From Neoechinorhynchus agilis (Eukaryota; Animalia; Acanthocephala): a DNA stretch of 64,000 nt. Within the stretch, counting starts at the first letter, position 1, and every line of letters begins with the position of its first letter. The DNA lies in NCBI GenBank assembly GCA_051530055.1, contig CM121341.1, positions 5,248,784-5,312,783 on the forward strand, in the 5' to 3' direction. The notes beneath the pieces were generated by a model. It was not told where the DNA came from. It saw nothing but the letters and a program-made list of their open reading frames with translations, and did no database searches. The position numbers and the translations under genes are program-made. Of the stretch, positions 11,870-22,114 are shown in pieces.

Positions 11870-14330
11870 GAGTTTTGCTTTGCGCCAAAGCATTTACGGG
11901 ATTGCTCAACGATTGCCTCCAAAAGAACTGCACGCCACCATGGACACGGGTCTTCGCATTCCCGCGCTTAGTCCTTTGCACCAGTGATGATTCTGGGGTG
12001 TTTGACATCAACAATCGAAGAAAGGATGGCCTCCTTCGAATAGACATTTAACAATTTCGAGATGAAATTTCACGAGGTTCGTAAGGGACGCACGAAGGAA
12101 GGATTTCGCTGCCGTTTTTCAAAGCGATCCCTGACAGAACGTGTTTCTTCGAAGCTTGCGGGCTGAGGTGTTGGAGGTGGGGCTGTTCGGTTATTGTCAT
12201 CCTCCGACAGTTTTGCACAAGGAAACAACGCGACACAACAAATACTCCGGTCAAAACATCGATACAGTAGTGGCAGTTTTGAAATTCCACCGCCTCCCAT
12301 ACAAGACAGAACATTTACTCAAATTCCAGAGTTAAAAAGGCCACCTCATCTTTTGCAAATGGTTCGGGTCACGGGCTTGACGGGTTAAGACCTCAGCACC
12401 TAAAGGACTTTACAACTGGTGAAGCAGCTCTCCCTCTAGAAAGGTCGCTTTTTCGGTTAGTAGACCGCCTGACTGGAGAGGACCTGAATTCCGTTTGCAA
12501 AAGATATATTCTTCGGAGCATCATTATGTGCCCTCACAAAAAAAGAAGGTGCGATTCGTCCCATCGCCGTGTCTTCGACAATACGAGGACTTGCAGGAAA
12601 AATTCTCTGTAAACGTATTACAGAGAAAACCGGGCAGCAACTTCGTCCAGTCAAACTGGGCTGCTGCACATCCTGCGGGGCGGAAGCTATTGTATACTCG
12701 CTCCGAAACTCTACTACGAGGAGTTCAGAGCCGTGCGTGATTCCTAAGTGTGATTTTCAGGATGCCTTTAACTCTCTCAATAGAGAAATCATGTTTTGCG
12801 CTATTAGGGATCACGCACCAGAAGCCTTCCAGCATTTTCTCAATGCCTACGGGACCGCGACTCCTTTGCTTTTCGAAGACCACCTCATTTGGTCCGAAAT
12901 AGGAGTGCAGCAAGGAGATCTTCTCGGTCCAATCACATTTTCACTAACAGTAAATCCAATAGCGCACTCTCTCCATTCCAGCTTCAACGCTTGGTACTTG
13001 GATGGCGCTACACTCGGAGGTGATCCCTCCGTTGTACTGCGCGATTTGGAGACGCTGATTAGGGAGACCTCGAGAATGGGCATTGAGCTCAATGCTGGAA
13101 AGTGTGAGTTCCTAGTATTAAATATTGAAGACGCCGCCAAAGTCAAGGAGCTAATGGATGGGCTCGAGGCCATAGCTCCAGGTCTGAAACTCGAGACTCC
13201 AGAGCAACTCAGCCTTCTGGGTAGTTGCATCTTTGATTCAAATGTGGAAGCTGAAATCAGCCGTATCATTCCGAAACTATCGCTGCTGTGCGATAGAATG
13301 AGCGCTCTTTCGGCTCACGAAGCGTTATTTCTGATAAAGAACGCACTCTTTATTCTAAAATTGTTAACAACATTCTTCAAACATAAGGAAGGATTGACCT
13401 CGAGCTAATTTTAAATGTTCAGCGCTCAGATGAGACGTGGCCACAAGCTTCATTGCCTGTGTCGTCCGTTGCCTTGCCGGCCTTTCTTGGATCGTATGAG
13501 GGGAATAAGCCGATAGCGAAGATAATTCCGAGGGGAAAGTTTTGTCTTGACCGGGATTTCGTGGTGGCGGTTGAGGAACGGTGCCAGCAGACAGGAGCTA
13601 ACCATGTTCCCGTGAATGGCCTCAGACAGTCGATCTGGTACAGAACTCTCGTCGCAAGAGTTCACAGCTCTCTACTTTCAGGTTCCCGCGATGGGGTTGT
13701 CCGAGCTATATTGTTGGCAGTTTCGACACGAGAATCGGGGGCGAGGTTGGAGGCTGTTCCTCTGGCATCTGTGGGAACTCTTCTCATTGATGAGGTAACG
13801 AGGATCGCAGTTTCCCCAGGACTTATCGCTGTCGATGTAGGTCTTTGGTTGATGCTTTCGGTCGACACGGTCTCGTTGGCCAAAAGTCAGGAGGAAGGTT
13901 CTCACGCCATTCTGAGATCAATTCTTCGGGCGTTGAGAACGGCGAACTTCCGCAACATCTTGGAAGCCGCCCATCTTTGTCGACTAGACACTCGTCGACC
14001 TGACGGAATTTCGGTCTTTTCGTGGCGGGAGGGCAGATGCCTTCTCTGGGACGCCAGAGGAAGGTACGAAAACATAGAGATTTAGCGAGGGCCCATTATT
14101 TTGTCCCCTTCGGAGTAGAGACGCATGGAGCGCTTGGCAGCTCGGCACTCTGCTCCAGGATCTCTCGAAGAAATTGAGAGAAACGACCGGCAATGCTCGA
14201 GCAAATGTATTCCTGCGACAAAATATCTCGCAGTACAACGGGGCAATGCTACTTGCGTGATAGCGACAGCCGAGCAAGGAGAAAAGCTAAGAATTTGCGG
14301 ACGGTGGTCACTGCATCAGATTGTCAGTTT
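11870..14330 (+). mobile_element. Degenerate RLE-type (CRE-clade-like) non-LTR retrotransposon: RT plus restriction-like endonuclease
   Basis: GAEAIV; DFQDAFNSLNR; GVQQGDLLGP; WYLDG; RRPDGISVFSWREGRCLLWDA; LAVQRGNA; stops and internal deletions. Confidence 0.85.
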
Positions 14331-15025
14331 GTTTCTTCGTCAAATATCCCATAATAGAAAAGTTTATTTAGGCTACGGATCGTTTGAACTCCATACAAAT
14401 TACTCGACATGCAAAAAAAAGCATCCAATCAAATGCAGCCTTGGCCGCAAGTAAAGTTGAGAGCAAATGCGTGAATTGGGCCGATCCTTCGATAGTGCGA
14501 ACAACAATTACGAAAGAAATTAACATCGCATTTCCAAAATAATTGCTGTCCATCCAAGGGCAAATTCCCCATTATTTGATTTGTCGCATTCCATTGTTTA
14601 TGTGGCGTCTCTCAATTAGACATTTATTTGATCGAATTTTCGAGATTCGCCGGTCTCCTCCTCAGGTGTCGTCAACATTTAAAACACAAACAAGCGCTCG
14701 CTCAACATCAATTTACGTTTTGATTCAGAATCCCGGGTCTGTCGTGCCCGTTCTCGAAAATTCGATCAAATAAATGTCTGGGTGAGAGACGTCACCAAAA
14801 ACAATCATACTGTCCACCCAAAGCAACAACTTGACTTTGCATGTCTTTCGATGATTCAAAATCGCCGACGAATGCTCAAATCGACTGCAGGCTTCAATGT
14901 TTTATCACTTTATACTTTTGCGTGTAACAGTGACACGCCTTAGGCCGCACCTCAAGTTCGATTCTTCTGTGTCTCGTCGAATATTCTTTTACCTTTTTGT
15001 TTTCATTGCAGACGCTAAGAGCGAG

Positions 15026-15484
15026 ATGACTTTCCGTTCCGTTCGCGTGGTGGATCCCACCGGTCGTTGTCACGTTCTAAATGTTTCCAGTTCTGCTGAT
15101 GAGCTAAAACGTCGTCTACCGTCGCCCTTCTCCACTAATCCGGATGACTTTTATTTCGTTGAACCGAATACGGACGACGCCTCGGTTCTTCATTTGGTTC
15201 CAAAGGTTAGCGGAGGTGCTAAAAAGCGAAAGAAGAAGCAATATTCAACTCCAAAGAAAACTAAGCATAAGCACAAGAAAGTTAAACTCGCGGTTCTAAA
15301 GTACTATGAAGTTAAGGACGGAAAAGTCGTGAGATTGAGGAGGGAGTGTACCAGTGCGTCCTGTGGTGCCGGCGTTTTCATGGCCAATCATTTTGATCGG
15401 CAATATTGTGGAAAGTGTACGCTGACCTATATGCTCGATACTGGAAAAGCAATCAGTGGGAAAAAAGAGACGTCCGAAGCTTGA
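15026..15484 (+). CDS. RPS27A: Ribosomal protein eS31/S27a fused to a degenerate ubiquitin-like leader
   Basis: [30 protein letters not shown]...[26 protein letters not shown] zinc finger; the leader ends [10 protein letters not shown]. Confidence 0.92.
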   Translation: MTFRSVRVVDPTGRCHVLNVSSSADELKRRLPSPFSTNPDDFYFVEPNTDDASVLHLVPKVSGGAKKRKKKQYSTPKKTKHKHKKVKLAVLKYYEVKDGKVVRLRRECTSASCGAGVFMANHFDRQYCGKCTLTYMLDTGKAISGKKETSEA

Positions 15485-15559
15485 TTTTCTAGTAGAGAAA
15501 TAAAATCAGGGTTTTTTGAGGTTTAGAAATTCCTTGGTTTTGTTATCGTAGGAATTTTC

Positions 15560-16450
15560 ATCTAGCTTAAAAATGGGGAAAAATTAGTTTGGTCGCTAAA
15601 TATTGATCATTTGATAAAAGTGGGACTTTGAGGGCCTTTTCCGCTACGATTGCAGGACGGAAGTTGTCAACGGTGATGTAAAGAATCAAGGCGATCCCGA
15701 AACCCGTCAATTGCTCACCAACTTCTCAACTTGAAGTTTTTCCATGGACTTTGTGGATTGCCAAAATCAAGAAAATTGGTGTGATATATTGATTCTATCG
15801 AAATTCTTCAACTTTATCATCCCGAAGGATTTTTTCTTGATGATGAATGCAATCCATCAAATTGTATTGATTTTCGTTGAATATCATAATCGGGAATTCC
15901 CTTCTAGATAGTTAACATTGAACACTCCCATCTCAAAGAACTTGCCGTTTTCACTTGCCACAATCATGTTGCTCATTGCCCTCAGAATATCCGCGGAACT
16001 AAAAGCTGTAACTGGTTGTTTTCTGGCGCGAACAAACTAACATGATTTTATTTTTCAAATCCGAAACCTGCGAAACAACCTTCTAATAAACGCGTACGAA
16101 ATTATGCCTCCGAAATATGGGATTTTTAATATAAACTCATTTTAATTTTTTTACGCCAAACGGCACAAAAAATCATCTGATTAGCTTGTATTCTTCGAAT
16201 TTCAAGGAAGAAGATTGTCAATTCGTCTCTACAACAATAATCGCCTTCAGAAGCACATTCAAGAGGAAAAGTAAAACTAGATTTCTACAGAATTCACTGT
16301 GAACGGTGTGATCGAGTGTTGATCGGACAAACGATGCAGGGCATTCAGCCGAATCGATCACTCCTCTGCCATTTCCAATCACCAAGATACTTTTCAACAT
16401 CGTACTGATTTTGGACGAACTTATTTTGTTAAAATAGAGCAAAACTTAAA
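15560..16450 (-). CDS. Possible divergent MCM-family (MCM-BP/MCMDC2-like) multi-exon gene or pseudogene
   Basis: Fragments KSILVIGNGRGVIDS and ILRAMSNMIVASENGKFFEMGVFNVNYLEGEFPIMIFNE...VEEFR; exon joins unresolved. Confidence 0.3.
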
Positions 16451-16589
16451 AAGACGTCTTGAGGCGTTACCGGTTAGCGACGTGTTAGAAGTCAAAATGA
16501 AAAACGTGGGGTTCTACGGTCGCCGAGCTTCCATAAAAGAGCATCTAAAATTTGCACAACTGACTTTCCCCATCTCACCGAATGCCTTG

Positions 16590-16830
16590 ATGCTATTTTC
16601 ATTAAACAATCAAAACGCCTCTCAACCCTTGAACCATAATTTCTATCATATATCGCCTACTTTTCTCATGAGCACAACACTCATAATCCTAATTCGTTTC
16701 ATCTTCCCTCCCTTTTTCCATGCTGCCCAATCTTCTCTCGGATATCAGAACTTGAAATGATTCTAAGGAAAGACCAACTTTACAAGCTCTCTTGTAAACA
16801 ATAACCACCAATTCCTTCCAATCCAACCGG
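16590..16830 (+). mobile_element. 3' fragment of the L2/CR1-like LINE
   Basis: Matches 7300-7500 (cccaatcttctctcggatatcagaacttgaaatga). Confidence 0.75.
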
Positions 16831-17395
16831 ATATTCTCAATCGAACGGACACATCCTCATCCGAACGAACCGTCCCCGACTGGATAGTTCCTACCCGAAT
16901 TCTCAATCGAACGGACACATCCTCATCCGAACGAACCGTCCCCGACTGGATAGTTCCTACCCGAATGGACCTTCCAACTCAACCGGATATTCTCAATCGA
17001 ACGGACACATCCTCATCCGAACGAACCGTCCCCGACTGGATAGTTCCTACCCGAATTCTCAATCGAACGGACACATCCTCATCCGAACGAACCGTCCCCG
17101 ACTGGATAGTTCCTACCCGAATGGACCTTCGAACTCAACCGGATATTCTCAATCGAACGGACACATCCTCATCCGAACGAACCGTCCCCGACTGGATAGT
17201 TCCTACCCGAATTCTCAATCGAACGGACACATCCTCATCCGAACGAACCGTCCCCGACTGGATAGTTCCTACCCGAATTCTCAATCGAACGGACACATCC
17301 TCATCCGAACGAACCGTCCCCGACTGGATAGTTCCTACCCGAATGGACCTTCCAACTCAACCGGATATTCTCAATCGAACGGAAATCCCTCAACT
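16830..17395. repeat. Minisatellite of 66-bp units with a periodic 24-bp insert (higher-order 66/90 bp)
   Basis: ctcaatcgaacggacacatcctcatccgaacgaaccgtccccgactggatagttcctacccgaat repeated about 8 times. Confidence 0.95.
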
Positions 17396-17612
17396 GGATA
17401 TTCCCATCCTTATGGATACGCTTTTCTTTTTTGAACAATTGTGAACTTGGATGCATATGAGGATCCAAAGGTACATGGGTCCTCTAATTCGTTCTTTGAG
17501 TTTTCAACACCTTTCGGGGTTGATCGGGGGAAATATGTTTACCACAATTCGATTATTCCTAATAAGGATTTAAAAAATTCTATTATTCCGCTACAATTAA
17601 TCACATTCAACC

Positions 17613-18497
17613 TCATAGGCGGCACATCTCTTTCGCCTTCTTGTGAGCACTACGCACCATAAAGACAGCCTTATCCTTGTGCCAAAAGTATGCTGAGATG
17701 GCACACACAGCACTGATTGCCATTAACGGGATTAACAGTTTTCTGACTCCCTTGGCTAATTTTGACTTGGATTGTCCATGAACAATCAGCTCGCGGCTTC
17801 CAACGCTTCGAAATTCACGAGTAAGCAATTTTTTAGACCTTGGTGTTAACGAAATGCTTCTAAGCTTTGAATGCTCAACCGTGCTGCTGCTGCTGTTTCG
17901 CCGCCCACTGATTGACGAACTGCGTCTTTCACTCTTCTTTGGTGTCCGTCCTTTCTCATTTTTGGTCTGAGTTCGTCTAATTGACCTTTGTCTTCTCCTC
18001 GGACTACGACTTGAATCTCCATTAAATGATCTTATTTTTGAGCTATTTAGTGGACTTCTTTTTCTACTGGCTAATAATGTCATTCTCTTTGGGCTCGTCT
18101 TTACTTGAGTTCTTAAACTTTTTCGACCTTGTTTTCTACTTGGCGAAATCGAGCGCTTTGGACTCACACTTCTAGATTTTATTCTACGCCGAGGCGTTGA
18201 CGATCGTTGAACTGTTTTTCTCTTTTTAGAGAGACTGTATCTTTTCGAGGGACTTCTCGATAGTGATCTTTTTGCCGATATCATAATCGTACGACTTCTT
18301 GCAGTCCTACGACCAGTACTGGGTTGTTCAATGGTGCTAGTCTTCTTTATACTCAAAGACCTAGACGTCCTTTTTGTTTTGGTTCCGTTTAACAGTTCGA
18401 TTGGAGGTTTATTCCGATTAGTTTCCGTTTTCTTGTTCCTAATACGACTGGATCGTCTTACCGTTGCTGCCTGATTTGACGAATTTTGTTTAGCCAT
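17613..18497 (-). CDS. Arg/Ser/Lys-rich basic protein with a C-terminal transmembrane helix
   Basis: 294-aa ORF with many RS/SP motifs and the hydrophobic segment LLIPLMAISAVCAISAYFW. Confidence 0.75.
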   Translation of the reverse strand: MAKQNSSNQAATVRRSSRIRNKKTETNRNKPPIELLNGTKTKRTSRSLSIKKTSTIEQPSTGRRTARSRTIMISAKRSLSRSPSKRYSLSKKRKTVQRSSTPRRRIKSRSVSPKRSISPSRKQGRKSLRTQVKTSPKRMTLLASRKRSPLNSSKIRSFNGDSSRSPRRRQRSIRRTQTKNEKGRTPKKSERRSSSISGRRNSSSSTVEHSKLRSISLTPRSKKLLTREFRSVGSRELIVHGQSKSKLAKGVRKLLIPLMAISAVCAISAYFWHKDKAVFMVRSAHKKAKEMCRL

Positions 18498-18999
18498 GTC
18501 TAAAACGGTCCTGATTCAGACTTGGAATGTGATCTATGAACAAAAACAACAACAACAACAAGAGACTAACACACTCCGAAATGGTCGAAAAATCATTGAA
18601 CACCGGACTCGTTGTACGCTATCACGTGGATGCCGGCGTCATTTGTGTTTTAAACACACACACACACGTCGTTGAGCATGATCAATAATTGTATTTTACC
18701 ACGTGATCCAGATCGATGTGGAGATTAACCCTCTATTCCAATTTTGCAATAATGATTCTACGAGAGTGAAAGAGGACAAAACACGAATCCGTTCGCTCAT
18801 TCGTGTGGTTTTTGAACTCGGTTGGACGATGAAACTCTTCGAAAAGCCTTCACTGATGCTTTTAACCTACAAAGGATCGGACACATCGGTCACCGAATAA
18901 AAGATCAATTTAAAGCGGATAATTATGGCGCCCTAGGAGAATCGGGGCTGAAACGAGCGAGATCGGAATGTAAGGAAAAATCTCAATTTCTAACAAGGA

Positions 19000-19980
19000 T
19001 TACAAATACACAATTTCTCCATCAATTACAAATGGAAGCAATGCCAATTTCGGTGTTGTTTGTTCATTGACGTCCGCATTCAGGATACGATGCTTGGAAC
19101 CATTTGACGGACATTCCTCGTCCGTTGATGGACGTTTGGTTCCATGCAAAAGTCTTCGATTATTGGAATCAATGTTCGTTGTCGATAATTGAGTCGGTTT
19201 TGACCTTGAACACCGACTATTGGATTCTGGGAAGGTTAATGGATTTAACCAATTAGGAATCATTTGATCCTCACAGTTTATGAACGATTCAATATGAGGA
19301 CGCTTCACTGGCAAAGTTCTAATATCTGGAAACGTCGTGTTTAATGGACATTGACGCTTTTGAGCCATTTCTCTTTTATCTCTCGGCCCTGATGATGCCA
19401 TTCGATCTTTTGGACTACGGATCATTCGAATTCCGTTGAAATCATCAATGGAACTTTGCCGTGGTGCACTAATTTTAAACGCGGAATTCTGCATAGCAAT
19501 TTCACCCGGACGCAAGTATTCGAAGGAATTTCTTAGGAACTCTTCAAATGATTCCTCTTCATCATCAGGAAGTGGAATCTCGATCGCTTCTTCTAAAATG
19601 CTCCCTGTATCGTTTTTCCTGAGCTCCGAGGTCGTTATCTCCTTACTCTCCGTTTGTTTTATGCAAATATCCGGGCTGGATAAACCTTTCTCTCTTTCGT
19701 CTAACACTTCTTCAATACGATTTAACAATTCTATTATCAAATCAAGAAGATCGTCGCTCTCGTCATCAGCACTGAGCCTTCTTATAAAATATTCGATATC
19801 CAATTCCTTTATATCAGAAGCTGTGATATTCCTTTTGAGTATTTCTCGAATGAGTTTCTCGGCCATTTCTTCATTTCTTATAACAAACATCTCATCTGCA
19901 TTTAGTTTCAGGGCGGTAAATAAATCCTCAAGGGTAGTTTTCTTTACTGGAGATTCTTTGCATTTAGTTTGAGACATCAT
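19000..19980 (-). CDS. Hypothetical 326-aa protein with a weak TFIIS-N-like helical N-terminus
   Basis: Intact ORF; ITASDIKELDIEYFIRRL pattern. Confidence 0.6.
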   Translation of the reverse strand: MMSQTKCKESPVKKTTLEDLFTALKLNADEMFVIRNEEMAEKLIREILKRNITASDIKELDIEYFIRRLSADDESDDLLDLIIELLNRIEEVLDEREKGLSSPDICIKQTESKEITTSELRKNDTGSILEEAIEIPLPDDEEESFEEFLRNSFEYLRPGEIAMQNSAFKISAPRQSSIDDFNGIRMIRSPKDRMASSGPRDKREMAQKRQCPLNTTFPDIRTLPVKRPHIESFINCEDQMIPNWLNPLTFPESNSRCSRSKPTQLSTTNIDSNNRRLLHGTKRPSTDEECPSNGSKHRILNADVNEQTTPKLALLPFVIDGEIVYL

Positions 19981-20287
19981 TGCTTTCTCTTATCGCTGTG
20001 TTTCTTTGTCTCTTTTCAACCGCTCACCGCAACCATAATCGGTTTTTTCGTTGCAAATGTTGTTTGTTATTTTGTATTTTGAACAACAGTTTCGCCTATT
20101 AAATCTGTTTGTTATTTGGCCTAATCGAAAACAAGTGAGATAATTGGTGAGACTTTAAGAACTCTCAATTTTCGATTAATCGATGCGAGCTTCTATGTTG
20201 AACCGAAAAAATCAACGTTCCAATGACCCATTCAAAAATAACGAGAAAAACGTTTTAAAGAATAATTTAATTAATTTTATGCTCTTT

Positions 20288-21553
20288 TTACATTATATGC
20301 CAGGTCGCGTCATCTACTCGCTTATAATCCTGAATACTCTTGATGCAAAAAAGCTGCGGATCGATTTTGGATATTGTTTTCAAAAGATCTTTCTTTGTGA
20401 CGGGTCGCTCAATGCTTTCCTTGATGGCCATTGCAGTCTGGAGCGTATTTGCCACATCCCTGTCATTCCTGACTCGAGTCATCTTCCATTGATTTTCTTC
20501 GATCACGCATTCAATTATCTTTCCATCGTAGTTAAACATCTCCGCCGTTAATGTGATGCCCGCGAACGGTTTGTTGTATTTTCTAACATGCAAGAAACCC
20601 TCAGATCCAATCTGCCGTTTGTTCAAGACTTTCCGTGGTATAACAAGTTCGAATTCCACAGAATTCATTTCTGCTGGTTTCCATTTCATGAGTTCGTGAA
20701 AAGTACCATAGATGTAGGGCATGTCATTGGGTTGAAATATTAACCCGTCGCTTCGGTTGTTCAATTTCTTCTTAAACGTTTCATCCAGCAGTTTTCTTGT
20801 CATTTGTAATGAATAAAAATTCTTTTTTCGAACCAGAAATGGCTCTCTCGTTTCGTCAATTGATCCAATGCTGATTGCATGACGACGAGGTTCGACTATT
20901 TCACGAGATATCAACGCCAATCGATCGTCATAGTCTAAATTCTGACCTACAGGATCGCCATTGAAAGCAATAACGTCATAGATAAGATATAAGGGAATCT
21001 GTGTTTTGTCCGCTAAATCAATCATCATCTCCCCGTCCAATAAAGTTTGATAAAGATCATTCGTTTGTCTCTGATTTGCCACAAACTTGAGATTTTTCAC
21101 TTGGAAAATGATATTTCGTCTATCTATCATGTATATTTCGTCCATTTTTTTGATGAAACAAATATACCTCGTTCCATCCGCCTTCCAACTAACGCGGTAG
21201 TCCAGCAATTTAAGTTTTCCCATATTCTTGACCGTCATTGATACTGGCTGACTACCAATAAAACCAAATCCGTACGTATCGGCACAGAGCAGTTTAATAT
21301 TCCGTCGAATATCGTCAATCTTTGCATTGTCCTCTAACCTGGACACATCGTCCACCGCGAATCCGGGCAACCCAGCAGCTTGATTTTGAGATTCTTGTTC
21401 CGCATGCACCGATTCCAGTGGTCCGTTTTTGTCCATTTTGCGATTTGAATCAACATGACTTTTGTTGGTAGCTCCTTTTTGATCGATAGAATTATCCGGC
21501 GGATTTAACAATGTATTGAGCGTCGCATCCCAATCGAAATCGTGATAACTCAT
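20288..21553 (-). CDS. RNGTT: mRNA capping guanylyltransferase (GTase plus OB-fold only)
   Basis: GSQPVSM; WKADGTRY (KxDG); LLDGEM; YLIYD; DGLIFQP; LMKWKP; RVRNDRDVAN. Confidence 0.88.
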   Translation of the reverse strand: MSYHDFDWDATLNTLLNPPDNSIDQKGATNKSHVDSNRKMDKNGPLESVHAEQESQNQAAGLPGFAVDDVSRLEDNAKIDDIRRNIKLLCADTYGFGFIGSQPVSMTVKNMGKLKLLDYRVSWKADGTRYICFIKKMDEIYMIDRRNIIFQVKNLKFVANQRQTNDLYQTLLDGEMMIDLADKTQIPLYLIYDVIAFNGDPVGQNLDYDDRLALISREIVEPRRHAISIGSIDETREPFLVRKKNFYSLQMTRKLLDETFKKKLNNRSDGLIFQPNDMPYIYGTFHELMKWKPAEMNSVEFELVIPRKVLNKRQIGSEGFLHVRKYNKPFAGITLTAEMFNYDGKIIECVIEENQWKMTRVRNDRDVANTLQTAMAIKESIERPVTKKDLLKTISKIDPQLFCIKSIQDYKRVDDATWHIM

Positions 21554-22114
21554 TGCTTCGAATATTCAGCACTAATGTGGCTACTGGTTGATGAGGACGA
21601 TCTGTGATTATTGTACATGATTGGTTCATTGATTGTGTGTATGTTTACCGATATGCCGTCAATATTTATCAGCCGATTATCGGAGAATGTTATTGATTCT
21701 CGGAAAACAGTGTTTTTTGGCGAAAAATCACGCATAGTGGAAAATTTTGATGAGTAAACATTGGTTAATATTTGCCAAAAACATTAGACCGACGACTGTG
21801 ATCCGGTATTGGGAAAGACGAATCGATTTTCTTAGAAAAAAAGAGATTGCTAAATTATGGCTCAATAACTAACACAGAAACGACACTTGAGCCAATAAAC
21901 CCATTCATTCCTGCAACAAATGAAGCAAAATTTCTTAAGATCTTGAAAATCTATTTCGTCGTTCTGTGGTTAAATAGGACTTTTTACGTTAACGACAAGT
22001 ATATAGAAATCTTCGGTGTTGCTTAAGTAGCTTAGAACCGACACGTACGAAAATATATGCCCCCCCCGAATTGTAGAGATTTCATTTTTAAATCAATGAT
22101 CAGACTTGTTTTGC

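Noticed and set aside
16965-17444. Repeat-peptide ORFs in satellites (also 25423-26866, 33114-33417, 41896-43309)
   Set aside because: By-products of repeat units; frames break between units
21550-21735. 61-aa ORF overlapping the capping-enzyme ATG (ATGA) as a translationally coupled gene
   Set aside because: Short, low-complexity and consistent with chance
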